Source: Actinomycetota bacterium
GTDB taxonomy: Bacteria; Actinomycetota; Acidimicrobiia; IMCC26256; PALSA-610
Reading direction: 5' to 3'
Length of the DNA stretch: 64,000 nt
Assembly (NCBI GenBank): GCA_005773635.1
Contig: SXHN01000035.1
Location: 11,594 to 75,593 of the forward strand
Part shown: piece after piece, positions 17,189 to 26,700 of the stretch
Layout of the letters: the number at the start of each line of letters is the position of its first letter
How positions within the stretch are numbered: position 1 is the first letter of the stretch
Made by a program: the position numbers and the translations under genes
Notes under the pieces: generated by a model
Told to the model about the DNA's origin: nothing
Seen by the model: the letters and a program-made list of their open reading frames with translations, nothing else
The model's database searches: none

Positions 17189-18889
17189 TTATTTTCGTAT
17201 AGTTCGAGCGATGCGCGATCCGAGCGCGGGAAACGTAGCCGGACGATCTCCGTCACTGCGAGTGACAGCGTTCCACGCCGCCGCAGCAGTCGCAACGAAC
17301 ACCGCGTCAGAACCGCGCCGAGGCGCGCCGGGATCGGGCAGGAGCTCAACGGTGACCTTCGGCATGTGTTTCGGTCGGATGATCCCGAAACTCCGAATAG
17401 TGAGGTCTTGCACCACACCATCGTCGTCGACTGTCAGCCCTTCACTAAGTACCCAACCAAGGGCCATATGCACTGCACCAATGCAGTAGCTCCGAGCCAC
17501 TGCGACATCGAGAATCTCGCCAGCCAACACGCGAAGTCGCACGTGCTCAATCCGATCACCATGATCCGACAGCTCAATAGCTACGCCAGCGACGCCACCA
17601 TTGGGATCAGCAACGCACACGTCGAGCAGCACTTCGAGCGAGCGCTCGTCAAGATTCTTTCGGCGATCAAATCCTGCGACTTCAATTGCACCTTCGAGTA
17701 GCACGGCGGCTTCCGCCCAAGGCGCTCGCTGTTCGTGAGATACCGGCGGGCCTGCAATGGTTTGCAACGACCAAGACACATGCGTCGGGATCGAGTAGGG
17801 GTTCGGGCTCACCACCAGCGGCATCGGCGACGACCCGGAGATGTGGCAGACCCCATTGATCAAAACTGCGGTTGCGCTGATCGGTGGCCGTTTCGGGCCG
17901 AGGCGCACAACGTCTTCTCGGGCTAATACGACGCGCACCGTACGGTCCGTAAGCGCCGCAAGTTCTCGGGCCGCACTTTCAACGATGCTGTTGCATTTCG
18001 AACCAAAGGCTCCGCCGTTGCCAGCCGCCGATGCCGGTTCGCCACCCGGTTCACACCATGAAGCGTCCGGTTCTAAATACGCCGGTTCAACGAAACACGT
18101 TGCAAGCGCCACTCCTCCCGCAGGTAGTGGCAAGTTGGCGAGTGGAGGAACTAATGGCGCAGTGGTGCGCCGGCCCTGAATTTTGGCGGCTTGACTCTTG
18201 GCTGAGGACAATGATGCACCGATGACCCATTCAGCTCCAGCAGCATTGACAGACGGGGCGTCCGACTCAAGCGGCTTGAGCACCGCCACCAACGCATCTC
18301 TCGGCGCAGTGTCGTCGGCGAAGCCACCTCTCCCGCAAACTGCGTCAGCATCGACGCACTGTGCGACACCGCCTTCACACATGCTGCGCTGCGACGCACG
18401 ATCGAGATCGCGATGCTCAACGCCGATCTCAGCGCCGCGCAGAGCTTCGATAATGGTGTTCCACCCTGTGCACCGACAAAGGTGCGCCGCAAGCGCACGA
18501 TCGATCGCAACGGCTGTTGGCTCCGAGTCAATCGCCACGAGAGGTAGACAACGCATCAAGATCCCCGGCGTACAGAATCCGCATTGGGCCGCGCCGGAAG
18601 CCAAGAAACGGTCAGCAAGTCGCGTCACTCGAATGGGGTCAACGCCTTCAAGGGTCGTGACTACTCGCCCCACGACGCGCGCCGCTGGCGTAACGCAGGA
18701 CACGCGCGGTGCGCCGTCCACCCACACTGTGCAACATCCACATTGTCCCTGAGGCGCACATCCGTCTTTGGGTGACATCAACCCAAGTCGCTCGCGCAAC
18801 ACCGACAACAGCGTTTCACCTTGATCTACGGCAACCACGACACTTTCGCCATTGCAAACAAAGCTGAGTTGCGACATGTCATCGACCAT
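17189..18889 (-). CDS. (2Fe-2S)-binding protein fused to an XDH/aldehyde-oxidase-like domain
   Basis: The N-terminus has GCAPQGQCGCCTVWVDG..VSC and AQCGFCTPG..CRCTGW, the small-subunit clusters of the xanthine dehydrogenase family. The C-terminal ~400 aa has GGAFGSK and other Mo-hydroxylase-like blocks. Confidence 0.65.
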   Translation of the reverse strand: MVDDMSQLSFVCNGESVVVAVDQGETLLSVLRERLGLMSPKDGCAPQGQCGCCTVWVDGAPRVSCVTPAARVVGRVVTTLEGVDPIRVTRLADRFLASGAAQCGFCTPGILMRCLPLVAIDSEPTAVAIDRALAAHLCRCTGWNTIIEALRGAEIGVEHRDLDRASQRSMCEGGVAQCVDADAVCGRGGFADDTAPRDALVAVLKPLESDAPSVNAAGAEWVIGASLSSAKSQAAKIQGRRTTAPLVPPLANLPLPAGGVALATCFVEPAYLEPDASWCEPGGEPASAAGNGGAFGSKCNSIVESAARELAALTDRTVRVVLAREDVVRLGPKRPPISATAVLINGVCHISGSSPMPLVVSPNPYSIPTHVSWSLQTIAGPPVSHEQRAPWAEAAVLLEGAIEVAGFDRRKNLDERSLEVLLDVCVADPNGGVAGVAIELSDHGDRIEHVRLRVLAGEILDVAVARSYCIGAVHMALGWVLSEGLTVDDDGVVQDLTIRSFGIIRPKHMPKVTVELLPDPGAPRRGSDAVFVATAAAAWNAVTRSDGDRPATFPALGSRIARTIRK

Positions 18890-18900
18890 CAGGGTGACAG

Positions 18901-19581
18901 CTACGAATTCGATGTCGCGGCAACTATCGCCGCGGCACGATCCGCGACCTCCAATGGAAACCGCAAGCTCGAAGACAGTGTGAGCACCGTCACACGATCA
19001 CCAATCACATGTACCAATGTTTCGACGACGAGGTGTTCGATCTCAAGCGCGGCGCCCGTCACACCTGAAACGCGGAATCCCAGTTGCGCGCCTCCTAGTG
19101 CTTGAGGTTTCAGCGCTTCGATCACAACATCGCGGGCCATCAGGGGCGCGCCTTCGAATGTCACGCGTAAACAACCCGCGAAGGCTGTCAGCGCATACGC
19201 CTTCGCCTGGCTCTCGGCCGCATCAGGCGACGCGAAGCGAGACCGATCGAGCACGATCACCGGTATCGGCCCCGCGGTTCGCTGCAACGTTGTCCGTACC
19301 CTTTGCACCGGTGGGTCGTCATCGCCGGGAGGCACCCACTGAGTACATCGACTCCGGCGCGCGGCATCGACTGCTTCGAGATCAACGACGTCGGTCGCGA
19401 CCCAATCCTCGCCCAATTGTTCAGCTTCCACCGTTTTCAGTGCAACAGGAGGGGCGCTAGTCGTCGTTCCCGGTGACGCCGAATTCGAGGACTGCAGCGT
19501 CGGCGAAGGCGACACCTTCGCGTCGCTTGCGCACGCGCTCAACGCAACGCCGCACAACATGACGAGGGCCACACGCGACAC
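18901..19581 (-). CDS. Putative lipoprotein
   Basis: A signal peptide with a lipobox (VALVMLCGVALSAC) follows GTG 19581, followed by an S/T/P-rich linker. The ORF extends to 19656 and the start is uncertain. Confidence 0.5.
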   Translation of the reverse strand: MSRVALVMLCGVALSACASDAKVSPSPTLQSSNSASPGTTTSAPPVALKTVEAEQLGEDWVATDVVDLEAVDAARRSRCTQWVPPGDDDPPVQRVRTTLQRTAGPIPVIVLDRSRFASPDAAESQAKAYALTAFAGCLRVTFEGAPLMARDVVIEALKPQALGGAQLGFRVSGVTGAALEIEHLVVETLVHVIGDRVTVLTLSSSLRFPLEVADRAAAIVAATSNS

Positions 19582-19634
19582 GACCCCGCGGGAGCGGGGT
19601 CGTGGCGACTGAAGCCGGGTTTCCGGCACGACAG

Positions 19635-19958
19635 CTAGCTGAACGATTGCCCACAACCGCAGGTGCGCTGCGCGTTGGGGTTATTAATCGTGAAACCGGC
19701 GCCTTGCAGACCGTCTTTAAAGTCAAGTGTGGCACCCGTGAGATGCTGCGCACTCGCTGGATCGACCACGACGCTGACTTCGCCATAGGAATGAGTGATG
19801 TCATCTTCAGCTTTTTCGCTGTCGAAAAACATCTCGTAGCTCATACCTGAACAACCGCCGGGGCGCACGGCAACCCGCAAAAACAGCGGCGCCTCACTGG
19901 CCTCTGACTCGATGAGTTGCTTGACCTTCTCTGAGGCCGTTTCAGTCACTGTGATCAT
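19635..19958 (-). CDS. HesB/IscA-family Fe-S cluster insertion protein
   Basis: 107 aa with LRVAVRPGGCSGMSY and a C-terminal CGCGQSFS. Confidence 0.9.
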   Translation of the reverse strand: MITVTETASEKVKQLIESEASEAPLFLRVAVRPGGCSGMSYEMFFDSEKAEDDITHSYGEVSVVVDPASAQHLTGATLDFKDGLQGAGFTINNPNAQRTCGCGQSFS

Positions 19959-20078
19959 GATTCCTCCGAACGTAGAGCAAGTACAGGGATGTTATCGGAC
20001 ACACTGGCCCGTTCCCGCAGGCAGTGCGTGCAACCGCGCGACATGCCGAGTTGTTCCCTCCAGTACGCTCAACGGACG

Positions 20079-21305
20079 ATGAACATGGACAACGACGAGC
20101 GAAGCGACTCGCTGCCGACCCCGCCTCCCGACCCGGGCGCAGTCGAGGCCGTCCTCGCTGGCGTATACGACCCCGAACTCGGGGTGTCGCTGGTGGAACT
20201 CGGCATGGTGAAGCATATCGAGGTAGCAGCCAACGGCGATGTGACCGTAGGCATATCGCTGACAACCGCCGCGTGCCCGCTTCGCGCGCAGATCGGCAAC
20301 GACGTCTCCAACAAGATCCGGGGTTTGCCCGGCGTCGGCGAGGTCACCGTCGACTATGCGGAGATGAACCAATCCGAGCGCTCCGACCTCATGCAACGCG
20401 CCAGAAAGCACGCTTCGCAAAACGCACCCTCCACGGCCGTGCGTCCCACCACCCGCGTGATTTCGATCGCGTCAGGCAAGGGCGGCGTCGGAAAATCGTC
20501 GGTGACCGTCAACCTCGCCGCGGCCTTAGCGCAACAAGGCCTGACCGTTGGCGTGCTTGATGCAGATATCTGGGGCTTCTCTGTTCCAAGGCTCCTGGGT
20601 GTCGCCGCTCGCCTTCAGGCCCAAAAGGTTGAGGGCAAGGGCATGATCGTGCCCGAAGAAATTTCCATCGGCACTGGTGTCGTGCGCGTCGTTTCAATGG
20701 GCCTCCTAGTCGACACTGAAGACTCCGCATTGATGTGGCGCGGGCTCATTTTGGCAAAGGCCTTCGAACAATTCCTGACCGATGTCGTCTGGGGTGATCT
20801 CGACTACCTCCTCATTGACATGCCACCCGGCACTGGCGACATTCAAATGGCGTTGTCGCGGCTCCTGCCCCAAGCCGAATTGTTAGTCGTGACGACACCG
20901 GCAAAGAACGCTCAGAAAGTCGCCGCACGCGTCACCGACATGGCGCGCCGCAGCTATCTCAAGGTACTGGGCGTCGTGGAGAACATGAGCGTGTTTGTTG
21001 CTCCCGACGGATCTGAACACGAAATCTTCGGCAGCGGCGGCGGTCGCAGGCTCGCGGCACTCACGGGTGCGCAACTCGTGGCCCGAATCCCCATCGAACC
21101 TGAAGTGAGTAGCACCGGCGACGAAGGCACCCCAGTTGTGGTCGCCTTGCCCCAAGCGGCAGCATCGATCGCCATGAGTGATCTCGCGGCGCGCATCGTG
21201 GCCGAACTGCTGCCACCCGTCGAAATGTCTGGTTGCACCGCGCGAATGCTCGATCTCATCAACGCCGCGGCAGCCACATCCGTGTCGAATGCTCCCGACG
21301 TTTAG
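20079..21305 (+). CDS. Mrp/NBP35 (ApbC) family Fe-S cluster carrier ATPase
   Basis: An N-terminal MIP18/DUF59 domain (VYDPELGVSLVELGMV) is followed by the P-loop IASGKGGVGKSSVTVNLA and DMPPGTGD. The start is set at ATG 20079. Confidence 0.9.
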   Translation: MNMDNDERSDSLPTPPPDPGAVEAVLAGVYDPELGVSLVELGMVKHIEVAANGDVTVGISLTTAACPLRAQIGNDVSNKIRGLPGVGEVTVDYAEMNQSERSDLMQRARKHASQNAPSTAVRPTTRVISIASGKGGVGKSSVTVNLAAALAQQGLTVGVLDADIWGFSVPRLLGVAARLQAQKVEGKGMIVPEEISIGTGVVRVVSMGLLVDTEDSALMWRGLILAKAFEQFLTDVVWGDLDYLLIDMPPGTGDIQMALSRLLPQAELLVVTTPAKNAQKVAARVTDMARRSYLKVLGVVENMSVFVAPDGSEHEIFGSGGGRRLAALTGAQLVARIPIEPEVSSTGDEGTPVVVALPQAAASIAMSDLAARIVAELLPPVEMSGCTARMLDLINAAAATSVSNAPDV

Positions 21306-24154
21306 TCGGTCATCCGTAAGGCGACCGCGGGTTTGATCTTCGACGCGCTCCGTGCCGGGCTCGCGGTCGCAAGCAGAGCGGCGACAACGGTCCCGACGAT
21401 CAGAATGCCCAAAACTGCGAACGGGACGCGGAATTCGATTCCGCCAAACTGATCGCTCAGCGTCACCGACCAAGCTCCAACCAGCCCTAATGCGACTCCG
21501 AGCACAGTTGCTTCAATCGTAATGAATGCGGTTTCGGCAATGAATGCCCGTCGAACCGACGAGTCGGTAAATCCGAGCGCGCGCAACACACCGATTTGGC
21601 GCCGTCGTTCCCGAACCGCGCGCACCATCACTACGCCAATGCCCGCGAGCCCAACAATGAGACCCAACGACAAATACACACGCATCAACGAAAAGAAACT
21701 CGCCTGCTGCGCAACAGTTTCTTCGACCAGGGTTTGAATCCGTTTTGCGTCAGCACCACGATTGAGAAACTCACGGTTTATCTCGTCTCGCAATCGAATC
21801 GCAGCATCTTTGTCGGTGGTGCGCACATTCGACTTCCAAGGAATCGCCCTTGCACCAGCCATCTCGCGCGCCGCCTCGATACTCCAAAGACCGCCGTTGA
21901 ACAACAGATCGTTTTCGGAACGCGCTGCGACCGTGAACTTCTTGCGGACGTTGGTGATCGGATCGGAGATGTCGACGGTGTCTCCGACTTCGTACGTGGT
22001 TGCCGGCGGCCCGGGTCCGCGCCGACCAAAGAAATCGTTGACAATGATGAGGTCGGGATTATTGGCTACGGCAAGATACGCAGCTTTATCCGTCGCATAC
22101 TTGTCGTCGCGATCTTTCAGTTTTGGGCCGCCGAATTGCGCGTACGCGTCATCGAAACCCGTCGCCAACCACAGCACCGGTTGATCGTCATCCGCTAGGT
22201 GAATCTCGATTTGAGAAGGTAATAGCGCAGCGGCGGCCGTCACTCCGCTGAGCTTGCGCAATTCCTCAATGGAAATCGGGTTCGTCGGATTCGAATCGAC
22301 AACCAGGTCGTAGCCACCCGACGCATTGGCTGCGAACTCATCAGTTTGGCTGGCAAACATGGCTGAAAATGTACTGATGTACACCAGCACGAAGATCACA
22401 ATCGAAAACATCGCCAGCAGCAAGCCGGTGCGGAATCGACGAGCGAGCGGGTACGCCAAACCAATGCGAACGGTAAGTGAGTTACCGAGAATCTTGCTCG
22501 CGCGGCGGCCGATCGATCCCTGCTTCATGGAGACAACGACAACCGCCGACATCACGAGCACAATGCCTTGAAGAAAGAACTGCGGTATCTGCAAATCAGC
22601 TCCGCGAACCAATGCAAGCGACAAGCCCGCGATACCCCAAGCCAAAGTAAACAAGGCCAACGAAACAATGGTCTTGTCGCGTTCGAAACGACGAACTAGC
22701 CAAGGTCCAACCCCGAGGGCAATCATGACCGGTCCGAGCATGATGCCATAGCCATCCCCGCCGACAACTCCAGCCGCGAACGTTGCCAGCCCTAACACGG
22801 CTAGTACGGCGCCCAGATACATACTCCGCTTACGGGGCCTGCGCATCGTGATCGCATTCAAATCGCGAATCGCGTGAATGATATTGAAGCGAGCGTTGCG
22901 AATGCTCGTCAAGACCACAGTTACCAACGCGATCATAAAACCCGCGCTTAACCCGGTTTGCACACTCGACAACTTGTAGGTGAACACCAGCGAAAGCCGA
23001 AAATCCTCGGCGCCAGTATTCAGAATACGGTTGGCGATCGTCATCAAGCCTTTGCCTAACAGCACGCCAACGAACGCACCCACCGCACTCGACACCAATG
23101 CGTAGAGCCAACCTTCGGTCGCAAACGCTCCGACTAGCGCAGATCGTCGCATCCCAACCGCGCGCAACATACCCAATTCAGATTTTCGTTCCTCCGCCAA
23201 CATCACGAAGATATTGACGAGCAACAAAATGGCCGCGAAAATCGCAAACGAACCCATCAGCGAATAGAACTGGCCGAGTTGTTTTCCGTTATCGTCAGCC
23301 GCGGTCAACAGATCCGACTTCACTTTCGTGACCCCAACACCCGTACCGCCAAGCACTTTGGTCATCGCTGCCGAAACCGAATCAGAACGGGCCGCACCGG
23401 TCTCGACATTGCCGTTGTTGGAAACGGCCAGAATCACAGATGGAGGTGCGGCAAACACCCCGACCTCGCCCTGAGCGAACAACGCCTCAACCGTTCCGGG
23501 AGCAACAAACACATTGTTCGAACGTTGTCCCCGCTGCGTCCAAAAGCCGGCGACGCCTCTGCGCGGCAGTATTCGATCGACCTTGAGCCGACGGTTCTGC
23601 CCATAGGCAAAAACCTCGATGGACTCGCCAATTTTGGTTCGGGTTCTGGCCGCGACGTCTTCACCGATCGCGGCAAAACCCGGCTTCGGCGTCCGCCCAA
23701 CAATGCCGGTCGCCTTGGGGTCTCCGCCGAACTGCTTGGCTATCTCGAAATCAATTTCAACCAGCGCGGCCTTAGGAACGGTCAGACGTTCGGTATCAGT
23801 TGATGTGACGGTTGCTCCAGCAACCACGAATTGCATCGCTCCATCAACACCATCTAGCGCCGCAATTGCTGGCAACTTCTCGGCAACGAGTTTGCCAGAA
23901 TCGAATCCGGAGGCAACCGCGATCTCGTCAATCGGACCGAGCTGCGTGAAGGCGCTCCGACGAATGGATGCCGTCAATGTGTCGCCAATCACTGCTGATC
24001 CGGTGATGAGTGCCGTTGCGAGCAGCGATCCAAAAATCACCAGGGTCGTTTCTCGCGGGCGGCGAATCATGTTTCGTAGTGCGAGCCTGCGAAGCACAGG
24101 ACGAAGCACGCAGATCCCGATGAACGGAATCGAAAACAACAACACCAAGAGCAT
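21302..24154 (-). CDS. ABC transporter permease, FtsX/MacB-type (double FtsX domain)
   Basis: 950 aa with two multi-TM FtsX-like modules separated by large periplasmic domains. It lies directly downstream of the ABC ATPase. Confidence 0.85.
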   Translation of the reverse strand: MLLVLLFSIPFIGICVLRPVLRRLALRNMIRRPRETTLVIFGSLLATALITGSAVIGDTLTASIRRSAFTQLGPIDEIAVASGFDSGKLVAEKLPAIAALDGVDGAMQFVVAGATVTSTDTERLTVPKAALVEIDFEIAKQFGGDPKATGIVGRTPKPGFAAIGEDVAARTRTKIGESIEVFAYGQNRRLKVDRILPRRGVAGFWTQRGQRSNNVFVAPGTVEALFAQGEVGVFAAPPSVILAVSNNGNVETGAARSDSVSAAMTKVLGGTGVGVTKVKSDLLTAADDNGKQLGQFYSLMGSFAIFAAILLLVNIFVMLAEERKSELGMLRAVGMRRSALVGAFATEGWLYALVSSAVGAFVGVLLGKGLMTIANRILNTGAEDFRLSLVFTYKLSSVQTGLSAGFMIALVTVVLTSIRNARFNIIHAIRDLNAITMRRPRKRSMYLGAVLAVLGLATFAAGVVGGDGYGIMLGPVMIALGVGPWLVRRFERDKTIVSLALFTLAWGIAGLSLALVRGADLQIPQFFLQGIVLVMSAVVVVSMKQGSIGRRASKILGNSLTVRIGLAYPLARRFRTGLLLAMFSIVIFVLVYISTFSAMFASQTDEFAANASGGYDLVVDSNPTNPISIEELRKLSGVTAAAALLPSQIEIHLADDDQPVLWLATGFDDAYAQFGGPKLKDRDDKYATDKAAYLAVANNPDLIIVNDFFGRRGPGPPATTYEVGDTVDISDPITNVRKKFTVAARSENDLLFNGGLWSIEAAREMAGARAIPWKSNVRTTDKDAAIRLRDEINREFLNRGADAKRIQTLVEETVAQQASFFSLMRVYLSLGLIVGLAGIGVVMVRAVRERRRQIGVLRALGFTDSSVRRAFIAETAFITIEATVLGVALGLVGAWSVTLSDQFGGIEFRVPFAVLGILIVGTVVAALLATASPARSASKIKPAVALRMTD

Positions 24155-24157
24155 GAA

Positions 24158-24850
24158 TCAGGCCTTCACCATGGCGTCGTCGCGCACGATTTGACCGTCG
24201 CGCATCGTTACTAATCGATCCGCTTGGCGCCCGACCTCTTCATCATGTGTCACGACGATGAGGGTCAACCCATCACGATTAAGTTCCGCAAGCAGCCCCA
24301 TCACAATGCCTGCAGTTTCAGAATCGAGTGCGCCAGTCGGTTCATCGGCCCACACGACTTTGGGGCTCCCAGCTAAGGCTCGCGCGACAGTGACTCTCTG
24401 TTGCTCCCCACCTGAGAGTTCGGTCGGGCGATTCTTTAACCGCCCACCCAAGCCGACGCGTTCCAAGGTTGCACTGGCCTTTTCACGAGCAGTTCTTGCG
24501 TCGACACCAGCCAACAACAACGGAAGTTCAACGTTTTCGACTGCGCTGAATACCGGAATCAGGTTGTACGCCTGAAAAATAAACCCCATCGAAGAAGCTC
24601 GGTGGCGGGTGCGCACGCTGTCCGGCATTGCATGAAGTTCCTGGCCGTCGAGCAGCACGGTTCCGCCGTCGATGTCATCAAGCCCCGACAAACAGTTCAG
24701 CAGTGTGGTCTTGCCGCATCCGGATGGACCCATGACCGACACCCACTGACCGGCATCGACTGAAAAATCGACTGACCTCAAAGCTTCGAGCTCCTCGGCA
24801 CCGGTTCGGTAGACCTTGCGCACACCACTTGCTACGAGGATCTCAGACAC
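24158..24850 (-). CDS. ABC transporter ATP-binding protein (MacB/LolD family)
   Basis: Walker A GPSGCGKTT, signature LSGGEQQRV and Walker B VVWADEPTGALD are all present. Confidence 0.9.
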   Translation of the reverse strand: MSEILVASGVRKVYRTGAEELEALRSVDFSVDAGQWVSVMGPSGCGKTTLLNCLSGLDDIDGGTVLLDGQELHAMPDSVRTRHRASSMGFIFQAYNLIPVFSAVENVELPLLLAGVDARTAREKASATLERVGLGGRLKNRPTELSGGEQQRVTVARALAGSPKVVWADEPTGALDSETAGIVMGLLAELNRDGLTLIVVTHDEEVGRQADRLVTMRDGQIVRDDAMVKA

Positions 24851-24931
24851 GTTCGCTCCTACTGCATTCGGATACGGCGAAGCTAGTAGCGCGTCCCGTT
24901 GTTGGTCCGTTTCAGGAGGTGGTGACCGACG

Positions 24932-25768
24932 TCACAGTCGGCGCCAAACTCCAGTAAATGAAGCACCCACGACCTTGCCTTCTGACTGCAGTTTCAACAA
25001 GTGCGCGTGCACTTGGCGCCGCGCCATCTCGACAAGTTCTTCGATCAAATCTGGATATATCGCTGCGACTAAATCTTTGATTCGCATTTCGTTCACAAGA
25101 AGCTTCAAAACGTGGCGCTCACGGGCCAAACGATGTTTGAGGTAATCGTCGAGCTTGTCGTAGGGAGCATCGATCACGTCTCCGTGGGCAGGAAGGATTC
25201 GCGTCAATCGCCGTATCGCTTTGAGCCGACGCAGTGATTCGAGATACGCCGTCATATCGCCGCCGCGTTTGGGATTTACGACAGTCGTTGTGCCGTTCAG
25301 TACGTGATCACCGGTGAACACCGAGCGTTCCTCTTCAAGATACAGACACAAATGATTCGGAGCGTGCCCAGGAGTGTGCAAGATCTGCAACCCCCACTCG
25401 GTGCCGTCGATCAGGTCGCCTTCGCCGAGTTTGCGGTCGACCTTGAGGTCGAACGCATCGGCTCTGGGAGCCTTCGGAAACGCTGAAAGTTCGGCACCGG
25501 TTCGCGCGACGAGCCGCTTCGCAGCGGGCCAGTGATCCGGATGAGTATGCGTCAATATCACCCACCGAATTCGCTCACGCATTGCAGCACCGATAATCGA
25601 TTCAATGTGCGAAGCATCGTCGGGTCCTGGGTCGATAACTGCAACCTCATCAATTCCTACGAGATAGGTATTGGTACCCGGACCAGTCATAACCCCTGGA
25701 TTCGGTGCGACAATGCGACGCACGAGGGGAGACAGCGCGGACGCAACGCCGGGTGTCAGATCGGCCAT
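24932..25768 (-). CDS. MBL-fold metallo-hydrolase
   Basis: The ILTHTHPDHW motif is present. The start is set at ATG 25768, directly after the NUDIX stop; the ORF extends to 25933. Confidence 0.8.
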   Translation of the reverse strand: MADLTPGVASALSPLVRRIVAPNPGVMTGPGTNTYLVGIDEVAVIDPGPDDASHIESIIGAAMRERIRWVILTHTHPDHWPAAKRLVARTGAELSAFPKAPRADAFDLKVDRKLGEGDLIDGTEWGLQILHTPGHAPNHLCLYLEEERSVFTGDHVLNGTTTVVNPKRGGDMTAYLESLRRLKAIRRLTRILPAHGDVIDAPYDKLDDYLKHRLARERHVLKLLVNEMRIKDLVAAIYPDLIEELVEMARRQVHAHLLKLQSEGKVVGASFTGVWRRL

Positions 25769-25769
25769 T

Positions 25770-26618
25770 TCAGGCAACGCTCTCGTCGGCGCACGATCGT
25801 TGTTGATGTTCATACTCAGATCGTTGAACGTCAATATCTGTTTGCCAGGAGGGTTCAAGCTGTTTCCAGCCGCGCCGGGCATCGCCGCGCGGCTCATGTG
25901 CGAGCATGACCCGTTCACCCGAAGCGTCATCAATCAAAAGTGAGGTGTGGTCGTTCGCGTGGCCTTCAGCTTCCGCGGCTGCGAGGGCTCCAACAATGTC
26001 GTGGGCACTATCGAATTGTTCCATAACCCTGAGTGTGCGCATCGTTGGGAAAATCAATTCGATTTCATCGTTACCCCATCGCCTCAGCATCTCGCCGGGG
26101 CGGACCCATTCAGACTCGACCGTCTCACCATTGTCGTGCGTGCCGACTTGTCCATCCGGAGCGTGAGCGAGCAAGAACCAAGTGTCATAGCGGCGCGGCT
26201 GGCCTTCAGGCGTCAGCCAGTGAGAAAACAAGAACATTGCGGCGCCCGCCACAGAAGCGTCCTGATCGAACAGCAACTCTGCAAACGACGACTCTCCCGC
26301 ATTCAACGATGCCCTTGCCGCTTCCAAGTCACCGCGGTGCTCCGCATCAGTTATGAGAAATCCCGACTCCTCAAATACCTCCCGTGCCGCAGCCGCCCAC
26401 CACCGCAACGACCCCTCGCGGCTCATCAATCGGTCAGTAGCCGCCACGTCGCGACCCGAGACAGCAACGTCGGCATCAGCGAGATCGACCGCGCCACCTG
26501 GAAACACATAAGCGCCAGGTCCGAAGACGGCTTGCGGGTTGCGTCGCAACATAAACACTTCCAGTTGCGGGTTGTCGCGTACCAGCATCACTGTCGCTGC
26601 GTCACGAATCGTTACCAC
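25770..26618 (-). CDS. NUDIX hydrolase
   Basis: A Nudix box is present (FPGGAVD...AAREVFEESGF). Confidence 0.7.
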   Translation of the reverse strand: MVTIRDAATVMLVRDNPQLEVFMLRRNPQAVFGPGAYVFPGGAVDLADADVAVSGRDVAATDRLMSREGSLRWWAAAAREVFEESGFLITDAEHRGDLEAARASLNAGESSFAELLFDQDASVAGAAMFLFSHWLTPEGQPRRYDTWFLLAHAPDGQVGTHDNGETVESEWVRPGEMLRRWGNDEIELIFPTMRTLRVMEQFDSAHDIVGALAAAEAEGHANDHTSLLIDDASGERVMLAHEPRGDARRGWKQLEPSWQTDIDVQRSEYEHQQRSCADESVA

Positions 26619-26700
26619 TGTGCAAGGTTACCGGGCCACGACGCCGACATTCGCCGCAACCATCTTGGCGCAAGTGCCGCGTTGTACGGTTGTTGTCGAT

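Noticed and set aside
26539-26700. Upstream extensions of selA (26539), glnR (15991), Mrp (19989), ArsA (31817), DegT (47582), PIG-L (48391) and PhyH (50354)
   Set aside because: The extensions overlap neighbouring genes or read as low-complexity Arg/Cys/Thr-rich sequence. Conserved N-terminal motifs begin at the internal Met codons chosen.
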